A stretch of DNA of 57,413 nt, the filler included, from Catajapyx aquilonaris (lineage: Eukaryota), in assembly GCA_000934665.2 (NCBI GenBank). It is 3 parts of 3 records of this genome, joined end to end, with 100 filler letters (N's around TTAATTAATTAA, not from the genome) between each part and the next. Parts side by side here need not be neighbours in the genome. Positions count along the whole stretch, not along the records: positions 19,159 to 38,243 come from JYFJ02006538.1; positions 38,344 to 57,413 come from JYFJ02006539.1; 1 more part is not named here. One strand, given 5' to 3'. Below, in pieces: positions 26,106-38,875 of this stretch (the first letter of the stretch is position 1; every line of letters begins with the position of its first letter). The notes under the pieces are model-generated. The model searched no databases and was not told the DNA's origin. It worked only from the letters and a program-made list of their open reading frames with translations. A program made the translations under genes and the position numbers.

Positions 26106-26963
26106 TTCTTCCGACATTTATAAGGCCAAAGGATACTCACTTTTCAAGGCAGTAATAGATATTAACACGGCTGTGTCTCACACCGGAACAGTAATGGAAA
26201 TGTGTTCCGTGTGCTGGGTCACTCTTTTCTCGTACTTTTCAAACACAGAAAATCATATTTACATGGTTACCTGTTTACAGTAGGAAATAAAGTGCTTTAA
26301 TTAAACTGCACTTAAGCTGAAGTTACAACTTTGAATACTAATAAACGTACTTAGACCGAATACAAGCTGTGTGGATGTGACGGAAGTTCAGGCCATCAGG
26401 AGCGCAAACAGTATTACCCAGAGACAAAGAAGATATGCCATGTGTAAGACAGTGCAAACAAAGACTGGCTCATGATGGTCCCCATTAACCTCCAATCCTG
26501 CTCACGGGCTTGTTGTAACATGGCAAAATGCACTACCATCATGCAAGTACAGCATACCGATCCGTTTTCAAAATGTGAGAGAAACACCAAATGCCGTTCA
26601 AATGCAAATGGACGGCCTATTCCGACCAGTCTTTTGGGCCACCTCATTTGTAGCCCGAACTGGTCCGATTCGGAACGCGTAACAGGCTCACACCGAAGCA
26701 TTTTAAATGGGTACTTGTCAATCAATAGAAATAAATCAGCGGAAAAAACCCCGTATTTCGCAAACAAATTTTTGAGAGTGGCGCGGCGACGTTGCACGCT
26801 AGATGTCGCCATCATCGTGCGCCATCTACCGCCATCAGACCGCTACAATAGCATGAAGTCGGCCGTAAATAAATTTACTGCCAGTTAACATCCCGCTTTT
26901 TACCAGATGGCGGACTAGCCAGTGGTACTTTTCAGATTACGTTCAATTACTCTCCGTTTCCGG
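26106..26963 (-). repeat. Module A: promoter/5' leader-like block, copy 1
   Basis: Near-identical to 29016-29877. Contains minus-strand donor GTGAGT at 26140 and a CpG-rich end with GCCATCT/CCAGATGGCGG and TTTCCGG motifs. The promoter role is inferred. Confidence 0.85.
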
Positions 26964-28158
26964 TCTTTTCCAGGTCTTGCGGGGACATATCTATGAAGAA
27001 TGAAGTCGTCACCATAATTTATTTAACCAAAGGTCTCCTGTAATATTCGCACAACCGGCCCTCGCTGTCATAAAATGGCTGAATGTCTACTGCAAATATG
27101 ATAAAAAAAATGGCCGAATGGCCATTGTGGCTGTCCGAATGTACGCTATGATTCAGAAAGCAAGGAATCATACGACACAATATGATTGCAGTGCTATGGA
27201 CCTTCATGTCATTGTCCCTTTTTCTGCAATAAAAATAAATACAGACAAAGGGGCTCCCTCCACATCTATAAAAAACTGCGCCAATTTATCCACATTAGGC
27301 AAGATTCAGAAGTAAGTGATAAAGTCAGACAATGAAGGAAATTTTTGAAAATGTCGACGAGACAACCCTAGCTGTCCCTCGAACAGCAAATCAGCTGGCA
27401 TTATTTTCAAGCGCAATGCTACAATCCCAAAAAAACCACATGTTTGAGAAAGCCTTGAGACGGAATGTTCTTTCGAAGGACATACTACTTATGCCTGTCA
27501 ACAATGACATGAAATTCCTGTCGAAGGGAATTGATCCGAATGTGCGGTACACGAGTGTCTCTGGGGGGCATGGTATATGCTTAGGCACGACAATAATCCA
27601 ACACATAGGGCTCTCATCATTAATTATATGTGCCCTGAGGTCATGTAATTCCTTCCCTCCCTGACTCAGAGGCATATACAGTATATTATTGGCGGATTAT
27701 ATTTCAGAATGATGATGTCCGTTTCTAGAAGGCGTCACCGTCCTTGACATTCTGAAAAATTTTAAACCATTACTCTCTCTTTTCTGGTACAGTACTAATA
27801 AGGAGGGACGCCTTCAAATGGTATTTCTCTCTGACTGATTACTAATTGAATGGGAGGCCTAATCATTGTTCAGTTGATGACCTCACTTTAGTACGACTGC
27901 TTGGTTGGTGTAACAACCCACATTGTCAATATCAGGTTAGGACGATTCTAATGGACTATGAGGACGATGATATTTATACAACAAATATTTAATTCCGGAC
28001 AAAGCATGATATTAAAACAAAAGTTAATCTCGGTGCACAATCATAAATTACCAGTCCTCACTCCTGGCAATTTGATGATTATATCCCATATTTATTAGTA
28101 GAAAAGTATAAATCGCCATCTATAGTGCATGTGAATAAGGATGCCAACGAATGAAGGG

Positions 28159-29017
28159 TGGGTGATGAGCCCAACAGCGCGTGGGGGTAATGACTATCTA
28201 AGTGGTATGTTACTGCTATAATAATATGTAACGCGACTCCCTTCCCTTCCCGTACAAACGTGTGATGGGTACCTGCATCATGAAACAGCAGAATACGACA
28301 GACCTTTTGCAGCAGGACTATTAATCGCAACATAATGCAATTGAGAAGTACAGTGCAAGGAGAATGAGCTCATTCAGTGAGTATGATGAGTTCAACAAGA
28401 AAGAATCATGCCCGCCATGTTACTATCAGGGTTTTTTTATTTAACCAGTCGCTTATAACGAAGGTCATAGAGGAACACGACTGCCGCGCTTACGGTTACA
28501 GCCCAGGAAACTAACCATTCAAATAATTATTATAAACCACGAGATGGAGTGAAGAAAATTAATGACGATTACAGGAATGTCAAATCTCCAAATTTAGTAT
28601 GTTACATGATAATATTTAGTAACTGTACAATAATAATCCGAAGTAGGCCTACTGAAAGTATGTAATGAACATACCCAGTTCTTCACACCAGCATAATAAA
28701 CATGGTTCCCAAAGACGGACGAAGAGTGAAGGGACCTTAGGAAGTGCATCTCTATGCAGGGATAAATGCTATGGGATTCTGGATGGTTCAGGACATCGCA
28801 AAAACAAGTTCATTTTATTCCGTTGTCTCTATAGAGCAGACTTAACATGCTGAGTTTGCAAAACAACTTAATAAACCACAATAGTAGTAACAAAACTCAC
28901 CCTGAAACATGGGATCGAGCACCCAAGGACATTGTTACAAAGGTCTCCAAACGACACAACTCGTCCTGCAAGGGAATGAGTGCAAAGAAAACGGACCTCC
29001 CAGACCGACGATGGCTT
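28159..29017 (-). repeat. Module B, copy 1 (exon/intron-like block)
   Basis: Near-identical to 31671-32524; minus-strand acceptor TTCCCTTGCAG at ~28966 and donor GTGAGT at 28900. Confidence 0.85.
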
Positions 29018-29877
29018 CTTCCGACATTTATACGGCCAAAGGATACTCACTTTTCAAGGCGGCAATAGATATTAACACGGCTGTGTCTCACACCGGAACT
29101 GTGATGGAAATGTGTTCCGTGTGCAGGGTCACTCTTTTCTCTTACTTTTCAAACACAGAAAATCATATTTACATGGTTACCTGTTTACAATAGGAAATAA
29201 AGTAACTGCACTTTACTTGAAGTTACAACTTTGAATACTAAACGTATTTAGACCGAATACAAGCAAGCTGTGTGGATGTGACGGAAGTTCAGGCCATCAG
29301 GAGCGCAAACAGTATTACCCAGAGACAAAGAAGATATGCCATGTGTAAGACAGTGCAAACAAAGACTGGCTCATGATGTCGATGGTCCCCATTAACCTCC
29401 AATCCTGCTCACGGGCTTGTTGTAACATGGCAAAATGCACTACCATCATGCAAGTACAGCATACCGATCCGTTTTCAAAATGTGAGAGAAACACCAAATG
29501 CCGTTCAAATGCAAATTGACGGCCTATTCCGACCAGTCTTATGGGCCACCTCATTTGTAGCCCGAACTGGTCCGATTCGGAACGCGTAACAGGCTCACAC
29601 CGAAGCATTTTAAATGGGTACTTGTCAATTAATAGAACTGAATAAATCGGCGGAAAAAAAAACCCCGTATTTCGCAAACAAATTTTTGAAAGTGGCGCGG
29701 CGACGTTGCACGCTAGATGTCGCCATCATCGTGCGCCATCTACCGCCATCAGACCGCTACAATAGCATGAAGTCGGCCGTAAATAAATTTACTGCCAGTT
29801 AACATCCCGCTTTTTACCAGCTAGCGGACTAGCCAGTGGTACTTTTCAGATTACGTTCAATTACTCTCCGTTTCCGG
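29016..29877 (-). repeat. Module A, copy 2
   Basis: Direct repeat of 26106-26963. Confidence 0.9.
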
Positions 29878-29959
29878 AATGGCACGCAATTTCCTAGTAG
29901 AGTTGGGAATGTCTCCCGAATTTCTTTCTTTTAATATTTTAATAACTTCAGAGCATTGC

Positions 29960-30306
29960 GGGGGAGACGGAGTGGCGCCGCGGTAACGCGCGCGCCCACG
30001 GAAGTTAAGGTCCCGGGTTCAATCCCCACCCGGGGTTCCCACCTTCTTTCGTGCAGAGTTGGGCCATCTCTGGCTTCGTTTCGGGTGGCAATTTCCGACA
30101 GACTAAGCCACCCGGGGGAGTTCACAAAATGACGATTAGAGACATTGCACTTGCACTTTGCACATCCCCTCCCACCCACCCTTGGAGCATACTAATTAAG
30201 ATTATTCTTAAACCCGCTCCAACACAAATTTCCAAAGGTGGTAACCCACCCCCCCTAAGGAGTATGTAACTCCCCCCGTGGGGTAATGAAAAAAAATAAA
30301 TAAATA
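29960..30306 (+). mobile_element. Full-length tRNA-derived SINE family 2
   Basis: Box A TGGCGCCGCGG, box B GGTTCAATCCC, (AAAT)n tail, 19-bp TSD AATAACTTCAGAGCATTGC at 29941-29959 and 30307-30325. Confidence 0.92.
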
Positions 30307-31670
30307 AATAACTTCAGAGCATTGCAGTAGGGTGAGCCATTCGCATACGGACGATACCGACGAGGCAGTTTAATCACACTTATAGAAGACTTTTGCAAAG
30401 CAGCATTTGACCAGGCACCTCACATCAGTGCACCTGACCTGGACCACTGCCCCGTACTCATCATGTCAGTGGATGACACACTCCAACTGATTTCTTTCTT
30501 GGTCTTACCACTTTATTAACCTTATATTTGTGATACTCATGCGCATGTACTGTACTGCACGCGGGTGTGGGGGGTGGGAGTGGGGGTGAATAATAATTTT
30601 ATTAATATATTTTTATTATATCTCATAATATAATCACACTGGACTATATCAGGTATTACCACTATTCTCGCATCGCATCACCTTTAACACAAAGCTCTCT
30701 AGAGAGAGCCATTTTGTTTAGTTAAATATGGTTAAATGGTGGCAGAATGTGGACTGCCTTCGTGAGTGATAACTTCGGTGATAACCTTAGTCACTCAACC
30801 TGATCTAGAGCGTTTCGACTCCTCAGAAATTCGGCATGCTCAATTGCAGATCGTTTCCCCCGAAATAATAACCTTCGCTTGAATGTTAAATTGCAAATTA
30901 AGAGATTGCGCCTATTATTAGAAAGCCTCGGTTGCTATCGTGGTTGCTATGTCTTGGCAAACCTCAGTGTCAGTAGCAGGTCAGTAGTGTTCGATAAGGT
31001 CGAGTGACGGAGTATGTGTGCAACTACTGACATGAACACCTGGGATTTTTTTCTCAATGTGCCAAGGCGGCATGAAGGGCATAGTGGGGTGGTGTATGGA
31101 GGTGGGTCTTGTAGGCAAGACTTGTAGATGCGAACGATGCGGAGAGGAGGCCTACGTGTATTACGATCCGGGTAAGTGTGTCGTTCTCTGGGTTAACGGA
31201 CTGCACTAACCATCATATAGCTTTCATATTTCCCACCTCCTTCACTAAAACTGTGGTCCTAGGACTCGTCTGATCGGTTCGCGTGGCAGGGGTAACAAGA
31301 CGCCCTTTGTTGTGCTCCGCCGGCAACCGATTGTTTGCGACCCGTAGCCAACATGTTTCGAGTCCCAACCCCGTCGCGTCGCTATGTGCGGATAAACGAT
31401 AGGCTTTCCAAAAAAAATTACATGCACGCCATGTCACCTTAGGTTACGTCTCTTATTGTTTTATCATCAATTTAACTGAAAGTGCTACTTTCATTATTAT
31501 AAAAGGATTAGTGGTAATGACTGAAGTATGGATGGCTGTCATTATTACTTACTTATTAGTTATTACTTGTATAGAAATTGCAGGACAATCAACTCCTGTA
31601 GGCAACAGCAGTATTAATCTATATTGCCGACAATAGGAGAGAGATATTTACAATGTTGCTCTTTTCTGTA

Positions 31671-32524
31671 TGGGTGATGAGCCCAACAGCGTGGGGGTAA
31701 TGACTATCTAAGTGGTATGTTACTGCTATAATAATATGCAACGCGACTCCCTTCCCTTCCCTTCCCTTCCCGTACAATCGTGTGATGGGTAACTGCAGCA
31801 TGAAACAGCAGAATACGACAGACCTTTTTCAGCAGGACTATTAATCACAACNACAAAATGCAATTGAGAAGTACAGTGCAAGGAGAATGAGCTCATTCAA
31901 TATGATGAGCGTAACAAGAAAGATAATCATGCCCACCATCTTACTATCAGGTATTAAAATTTCAGAGGTCAGAGAGGAACACGACTGCCGCGCTTCCGGT
32001 TACAGGCAAGGAAACTAACCATTCTAATAATTATTATAAACCACGAGATGGAGTCAAGAAAATTAATGATGATTACAGGAATGTCAAATCTCCAAATTTA
32101 GTGCGTTACATAATAATATTTAGTAACTGTACAATACTGAAAGTATGATATGAACATACCCAGTTCTTCACACGCCATCACCAGCATAAGAAACCTGGTT
32201 CCCAAAGACGGACGAAGAGTGAAGGGACCTTAGGAAATGCATCTATATGCAGGGATAAATGATACATAAATGCTATGTGATTCTGGATGGTTCAGGACAT
32301 CTCAAACAATAGCAACAAGTTCATTTTATTCCGTTGTCTCTATAGAGCAGAATTAACATGCAGGGTTTGCAAAACAACTTAATAAACCACAATAGTAGTA
32401 ACAAAACTCACCCTGAAACGTGGGATCAGCACGCAAGGACATTGTTACAAAGGTCTCCAAACGACACAACTCGTTCTGCAAGGGAGTATGTGCGAAGAAA
32501 AACCTCCCAGACCGACTATGGCTT
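31671..32524 (-). repeat. Module B, copy 2
   Basis: Direct repeat of 28159-29017; a more diverged partial copy lies near 35075-35220. Confidence 0.88.
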
Positions 32525-33666
32525 ACATCTAGACTCCAGCAGACTATTGAAAATCGGGTCATTTTGTGGTTGTGACGACTCATTTCATCGAGGAGAGTTT
32601 GTCAGAAGGTTCATTTTATTCCCCAATACTCAAACTATTATAGTCTCATTTCATTCCTAAACATCTTTCATAATCCATTAGACATTTGTTATGGCATTGC
32701 CGGGTCGTATCGAATTGATTTGTGAGTTAATGGTAAGGGTAGTTGCAATCATTGTTGTCAGCCACCATGTATATAACCTGCATGAACACCCTGCGACTGA
32801 GAAGGGAAGATAAAACTTGCTGGTCCTTGACAAACGTCCGCCAACTAGCAATGAGCGACAGTGCGACAACTGCATGACAGGACCCTGGATCGAATACACA
32901 CTTAATATGGCGCGAAGCAACGTCTACAAAATCTACCAAATCACTCATTGGTAATTATATACTCTAATTATATGTAAGTCCATGTAATTACTTCCCTCCC
33001 GGACTCAGCGGCAGTCCCTTGGCCTCAGTTGAAATTAACAAAATGACGAACCTGTGAAACATGACAACCCCTTTGTAGACCCCGACATCTCCTCCAAGAC
33101 TCGAAGTGGAAAAATTACGTGCACGTGGTGCTGCAGCAGTGGAACTGTACATGTCACGCACAACCGCGACAGAGAGAGAGTTTTCATCATTTCAGAGCAC
33201 AATATATTATGAAGTACAACGACACCGGCTGTCCTCTCGAGTTGAAGTAACTTGACCTTCGCACCTCAGGTGATACCGGTTGGTCTGACAGTGAGCTGTT
33301 CCCATGCGTTATCACAGGTAGGAACCTCGCATGATGGCGGTAGCACAAAGTGAAGAAGGATGAGGAGGACGAGCGAGTTTGGTATATGTTCGAGTGCAAT
33401 ATCTTCACTGTTGTATTGTTCCAAGCATTCATAGTTCGGTTAGTGTTTGATTGTCATTTGTTCAAAATATTGTTCAAATTATTCTGGATTTGGTTTCGTG
33501 TTATGTGATGGATGCTCCTCAAAGCCCACGCTCATTATCCATGACTCCACGTGAAATTGCACATCGACGGCAACAAGCTGCAGAAACCAGAGGTGCGGCG
33601 GAGGTGGGACAAGGCTCACCATCATTGACATGCAATCCAAAGTTATCAAGTGTAAAATTATTTCAG

Positions 33667-33828
33667 GCGTGTTCAAATGAACCGAACACTTTATTCCACG
33701 GATAACTCTAAGCACGGCAGATGATGTCAACGTACCGTTCAATCTTTGTCGAAGGCAATTTCCAATAAAGTTGGCCTATGCGATGACCATCAATAAGGCA
33801 CAGGGACAAACTCTGGACAGAGTAGGAG
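33667..33828 (+). mobile_element. Helitron PIF1-like helicase C-terminal fragment
   Basis: [47 protein letters not shown], preceded by acceptor TTTCAG. Confidence 0.92.
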
Positions 33829-36800
33829 CTTGCAGTACAATATTGGTACCCGATAATACGAGGAAGGTCCTATTCCTGCTTGATCCATGCTCAGTCCACT
33901 CATGCAAAATTCTAAAACATATTCAGAATACTCCCTGCTAGGATTGCAAAAGAGTGATCATCAACTGAAACACCTTTCAACAATCCAACATTGAGAATAA
34001 TCATTAAAGAGCATAAGGGAACATTATTGACTTAGTCAGTCAGGTTGCATCTGCACTTGAAATTGGGTCAAAACAAAATCCACTACACAGAACTACTACA
34101 GCAGAAAGGTGGCACAGCTTGGTGGATATAGCCCTGCTCCGAATTATTTTTAACAAATGCGAATATTTGAACACCACAGCCTATGACAGCCAAGGATTCA
34201 AACCCACAATGGAAGGTAGTGGAAGAAAATGCATTCCAGTCTTCCTTGACCTCACTAGAACATAGTCTGGACTATCTCAGAGGAGAAGAATACTGCAGCT
34301 CGATCGGCAACAACTGGAACGTCAATCCAGAATCTAATGACGATCCATCAGGGATCTTGCTGTAATTTTGTAAGGAAATTACAGGCTGAAAAGTAGTGTG
34401 AGACCAAAGATGGGCACGTTCCATTTGAAAAAGAACTAACGAAATTTTATTGAGCAGTTATGTACCAATCAACTTGAATTCATTGCTATTCAAAAGCAAA
34501 GGAAACTGGCATTGAAGCGTGAACAAATCTTGTACCTCATATTCCATCAGATATGGTCCCAGCCAGGAAGACAGGCAGTGACCTGAAGAGAACAACCAGC
34601 CTCACTGCACTACTTTCTGAAACATTTAATGATGGCTTCGATAAGCTACCTGCAAAGCACAGAAAGGTAACAACGCATCCAGACGTTGTCCCCTTGTCAC
34701 TGAAGGTGCACCGAACTTTGGGAAAAACATACTGTGGCAACCCTGCGACCGTTTATAATGAGATAACTGGAGCCAAAAGGAACCAAGGTTGAAGGAGCCA
34801 GTTGTGGGTAAGGGGATACAATCCTGGATTAAATCACATTCCCACGGTGAGCACTAATCTGCATTTCCACAAAATCCTAGGAGAATTTCTCAAAAACATA
34901 AGCATAGACATAAGTTGAGTCTTTTAAAACATAAGTAGAACATTTAAGACCCCATGGTTTCAATACCGTACTGTGTATAAAACATCACGCGCACTGGCTG
35001 TTGACTGAAGTAGTTATCATACTTTTTGGTGACCTTTATTGATATTAACACCCTCTGATACTCGGACAGGGTGTTCAGTATACAAAAACAACACAATGTG
35101 ACAACTTGGACATAAGAATATGTAATGCGACTCCTTTCTCTTCCCATATATAGACCCATGTACCGACCGAATAAAGGGCGAAATACGCCCAGATAGAGGC
35201 ATGAGGGTGGGTGCCATCAAGCACCTCTGTATCTAGTGATAACAACAACAACTTCACGATGACAGTAAATGACAACAGAAAAAAAAAATGTTCTGCTGGA
35301 ACAAATTAACATTGAAAATGTACGAGAAAGAGAAACACTGTAACACATACCTCTCTTCATTCATTAAGTAGTTCCCAAACACTCGTCACATGACACATTA
35401 AGGTTTACACCACAAAAATTAATATTACTAATCGAAACAATAATTTATATTTATATATTATGTCTGTGTCCAGTTGCGCAAGGTCGAGGAAGTTGAGCGT
35501 GTTTGTCAGGCTGAAAGCCCTGCGGAACTTACGTCCCACCATATAATCCCAGCCAACTGTGCTGCCTTACTATCGAATAGTAATTTTCCCCACATTTTGT
35601 CAGTCAGTTAGAGCTTCATATCTTCTACAGTACTATCAAGTGTGACATTTACCATTCACTTCTCCGTGATGTTACGTATTTATGCAATATAACATACTCA
35701 TTACTACTGTACAACAATACAGAGGGAGTCCCAGGCTCCGGTAATGAGCCAGGCTTAACTCCAAAAACGAGGACATATTTCGAAGCCTTTTCATCATTTT
35801 TCAGATAGTGCGAAAATGTGATTGTGCTGAAGGTTTATGAGCATCACGTCCAACTGATGCCATACAATAAAGTCATTATTCCAGACGACTCTTCAGAATG
35901 TTCTACAATGAGGGACACCAGTACTACGACACTGATCTGAAAGTATAGCAGCAGCGACTGAAAAGGTGACGCAAAGTCAACAGTACATGCAGTGGTGGAG
36001 CAACCAATGACTGCAGAGAAAGAAATAATAAGACAAAATGTGACGCTGCAAAAAAAATACGCCGCAAGTGATGAAGTCCATAATAGCAAAATAACTCCAA
36101 CAAATTATGATTTTAATGATTTTAAATATAATCAAACTAGGAATGTTCATTTCGATGAGACACAGGAGGCGGGTCTGCATGACCCGCAGAAAACACTTCT
36201 GAATCGCCACATTCATACTAGTTGTGGAGAAGATAACAACTGTATCAGGCAAGGAAAAAGCAGATATTGCTAATCCACATTATCAAGCTTCAGAGCTACT
36301 GCATCATGTAGTAATGTCAGACTGGTAATAGGATCAATATTGAAATTCTGGACCGACTAAGCTGTGTGCCAGGTTTTGGTACATCCTGTTAAGTCACAAG
36401 GTTACGTTATATATTGTCTAATGACAGAACTATTCATGTACTTCACATGGAGGACAGTAGTTCCGCCGAGCTCTTTGACTTCATTTACCAAGGATATCGA
36501 ACGTTGCGGAGATGAAAGTTGAACGTAACGACTGACCAGGCTGACACTCTGACATACATAAGAGATGTTCCTGGTTAATTGTTTTTCTCTCTTCTCCCTA
36601 TCACCTTTCCTCATGATGCCTGTCATACAGAGTAAATCCTGCGTATTGTGAGCATATCAGGTAAACCGTATGACCATCAGAGTCCATACACCAGCATGTG
36701 GAATGTTTCAATCATAAAAGCACAAGCTGCCGAGTCTATATTCCAACCTGGTAGCCAGCACAATCTCAACGGCATGGAAAAATGAATAATCACATGACAA

Positions 36801-38243
36801 GACACCACACCTCGGCTGGTTTTGGGTAAGAATTTCCTGGTCATGACTTTGGTCATATTATTTGTGTTTTCAACACATGTAACATCATTTTGATTTTTAT
36901 TAGTATAAAAGTATATAAAAATAACACGAGTGCATGGAATGCGGTGGTTAAAGATTACTGTAAAGGCACATTACATACCTCCCCGACTACATCTTGTTAT
37001 GGTGATATAATGGTCATATAGGATCATATTTTCAATATGTCAATAGGCTGAGACCTACAAACACGACAACAATGCTATCAGTTTATATCTAGAAGAGACA
37101 GTGCCTTCAGAACATAAAAGCACTGTATTTGCTTTGTACAAACTTGTTGAAAAGATATGCATCGTCCCAGAATATTTTTTTTTGGACATTCAACTTTTTT
37201 GCCATTTATGAAAATAAACATTGAGAAGAAAGACAATGTATAATTTTCATATTATAAATTACAGGCCTAATATATTACAAAATTTGGTATTTGAAACAGC
37301 AACCTCAAATTAACAGGGTGATCTAAAAGGCATAGCTTGATGCTTACATGCTCAATGTCAACTCCAATGAATTAGAACATTGGGTCGCAGCCATTAGAAC
37401 CCATATTAATGAAGAGTAATTTCTACCACACTGTTTAGTTCTACTAGGCCTACTTGGGCATATTCATAACAATAGCTTCAAGTGATCCTACACGTGAGGA
37501 AGCTATGCCTCGAGATGGAAAACATGATGAAGTGATTGGCAGCAACGACTGTTCTAAAACTCAGCGCCATCTGGGCTGTCGAATTGGAAGAGAAAATGTG
37601 ACAATTTAACACCATCAAAAGGCCCACCGAAGGGGATAGAGAACCACATTGATTCCTTGTGGCAATCGACAATGATTAATTACTGAACAAACTAACCTTG
37701 AAAGAATCAAAATTCGAATCAACAACACATAGCAACTGCAGGGCCAACTGGCCATTGAAAGACACCCAGGGGGAGACACGCCCTCGCCTCTGCAGCGGGC
37801 AGCACCCAGGGGGGGCCGACCAGCACCAGTGGCGAGCACAGGGGCGGACACCGACGCAGAGAAGAACCGAGCACCAAACGAGGGCGAGCAGGACAGATCT
37901 GTGGGGCACGCCTGGAAACACGATAGCCTCAGGTTGGAGTAGGAAGCAAAATGGCCGACATCCTTATTTCCAACACTTGAGCGCCGCTTGCTTAAACGGC
38001 ATTTTTAAACGCTATTTGGAAATAACGGCGATTAGCATCACAAAATCGCGATTGACAACCGCTATTTCGAGGTAGCCGCTATTATTAAAAGCGACGTGAC
38101 TTCGTCCCTTTCTTTTTCCAGAACGTTCTATTCGTGGCTGGCTGCAGGGCGGTTCGTGCCCGCTGTTCTGCCCGCTGTCCGTCCGCCCAGGGGCCATCCG
38201 CCCGCCCTATTTTCTGCCCCGATGTTGGGGCATAGTCGGGTGA

Positions 38244-38343
38244 NNNNNNNNNNNNNNNNNNNNNNNNNNNNNNNNNNNNNNNNNNNNTTAATTAATTAAN
38301 NNNNNNNNNNNNNNNNNNNNNNNNNNNNNNNNNNNNNNNNNNN
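38244..38343. other. Assembly gap spacer
   Basis: 100 nt of N with embedded TTAATTAATTAA. Confidence 0.98.
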
Positions 38344-38680
38344 CTTATATGAGTCAACAACCGATTTTCCACGATTTTTCGCCTCAAAACCGGGGTGCGT
38401 CTTATACGCGTGTGCGTCTTATATGCGAGTAAATACGGTAGTAATTTATCATGCTATTTCAAACTGTCCTGTATATTGTCGCGGTCCGGAAAAAATTGCG
38501 TCGCGGTCCGGATCCGGACCGCGGGCCGCCAGTTGAATATCCCTGCCGTAGACCGTAATAAATAAATTGATTACTGCCGTATTTCTAATTGTTTTATAAA
38601 ACCGACCGGGGTTGTCGCCACCTACGATTTTTCCCCACCCCCTCGCACTCGCTTGACCCGTGACTCTGAAACACCCTGTA
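38344..38680. mobile_element. Stacked right ends of pogo/Tigger-, hAT- and Tc1-like MITEs
   Basis: GCGTCTTATA repeats ending AAATACGGTA (~38440); GCGGTCCGGATCCGGACCGCGGGCCG...TATCCCTG (~38545); GAAACACCCTGTA (~38680). Confidence 0.55.
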
Positions 38681-38875
38681 TATTTAAAATGATGTTAACA
38701 TGGCAACCATGGCAACAATTGTTTTTGTTTATCACAACCCATTGTTTGTGTGGCCTGTTTCCATAGTAATGCAATCAACAATCAATCAATAATTGTTGAT
38801 ATTAAGGCACCATTGATATTGCTGAATGTCACGGTTGCCATGATAATGTAATCAACCACTATTATAGCCATACTA

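Noticed and set aside
26414..26888. Overlapping 133/138-aa ORFs in module A as genes
   Set aside because: No recognisable motifs, and the frames are disrupted by indels and a stop in copy 2.
29960..30040. tRNA gene
   Set aside because: A/B boxes are present but run into a SINE body, tail and TSD.
24957..38243. TCACCCCGA / TCGGGTGA as TIRs of a 13-kb element
   Set aside because: The match is too short and imperfect, and the right side is cut by a gap.
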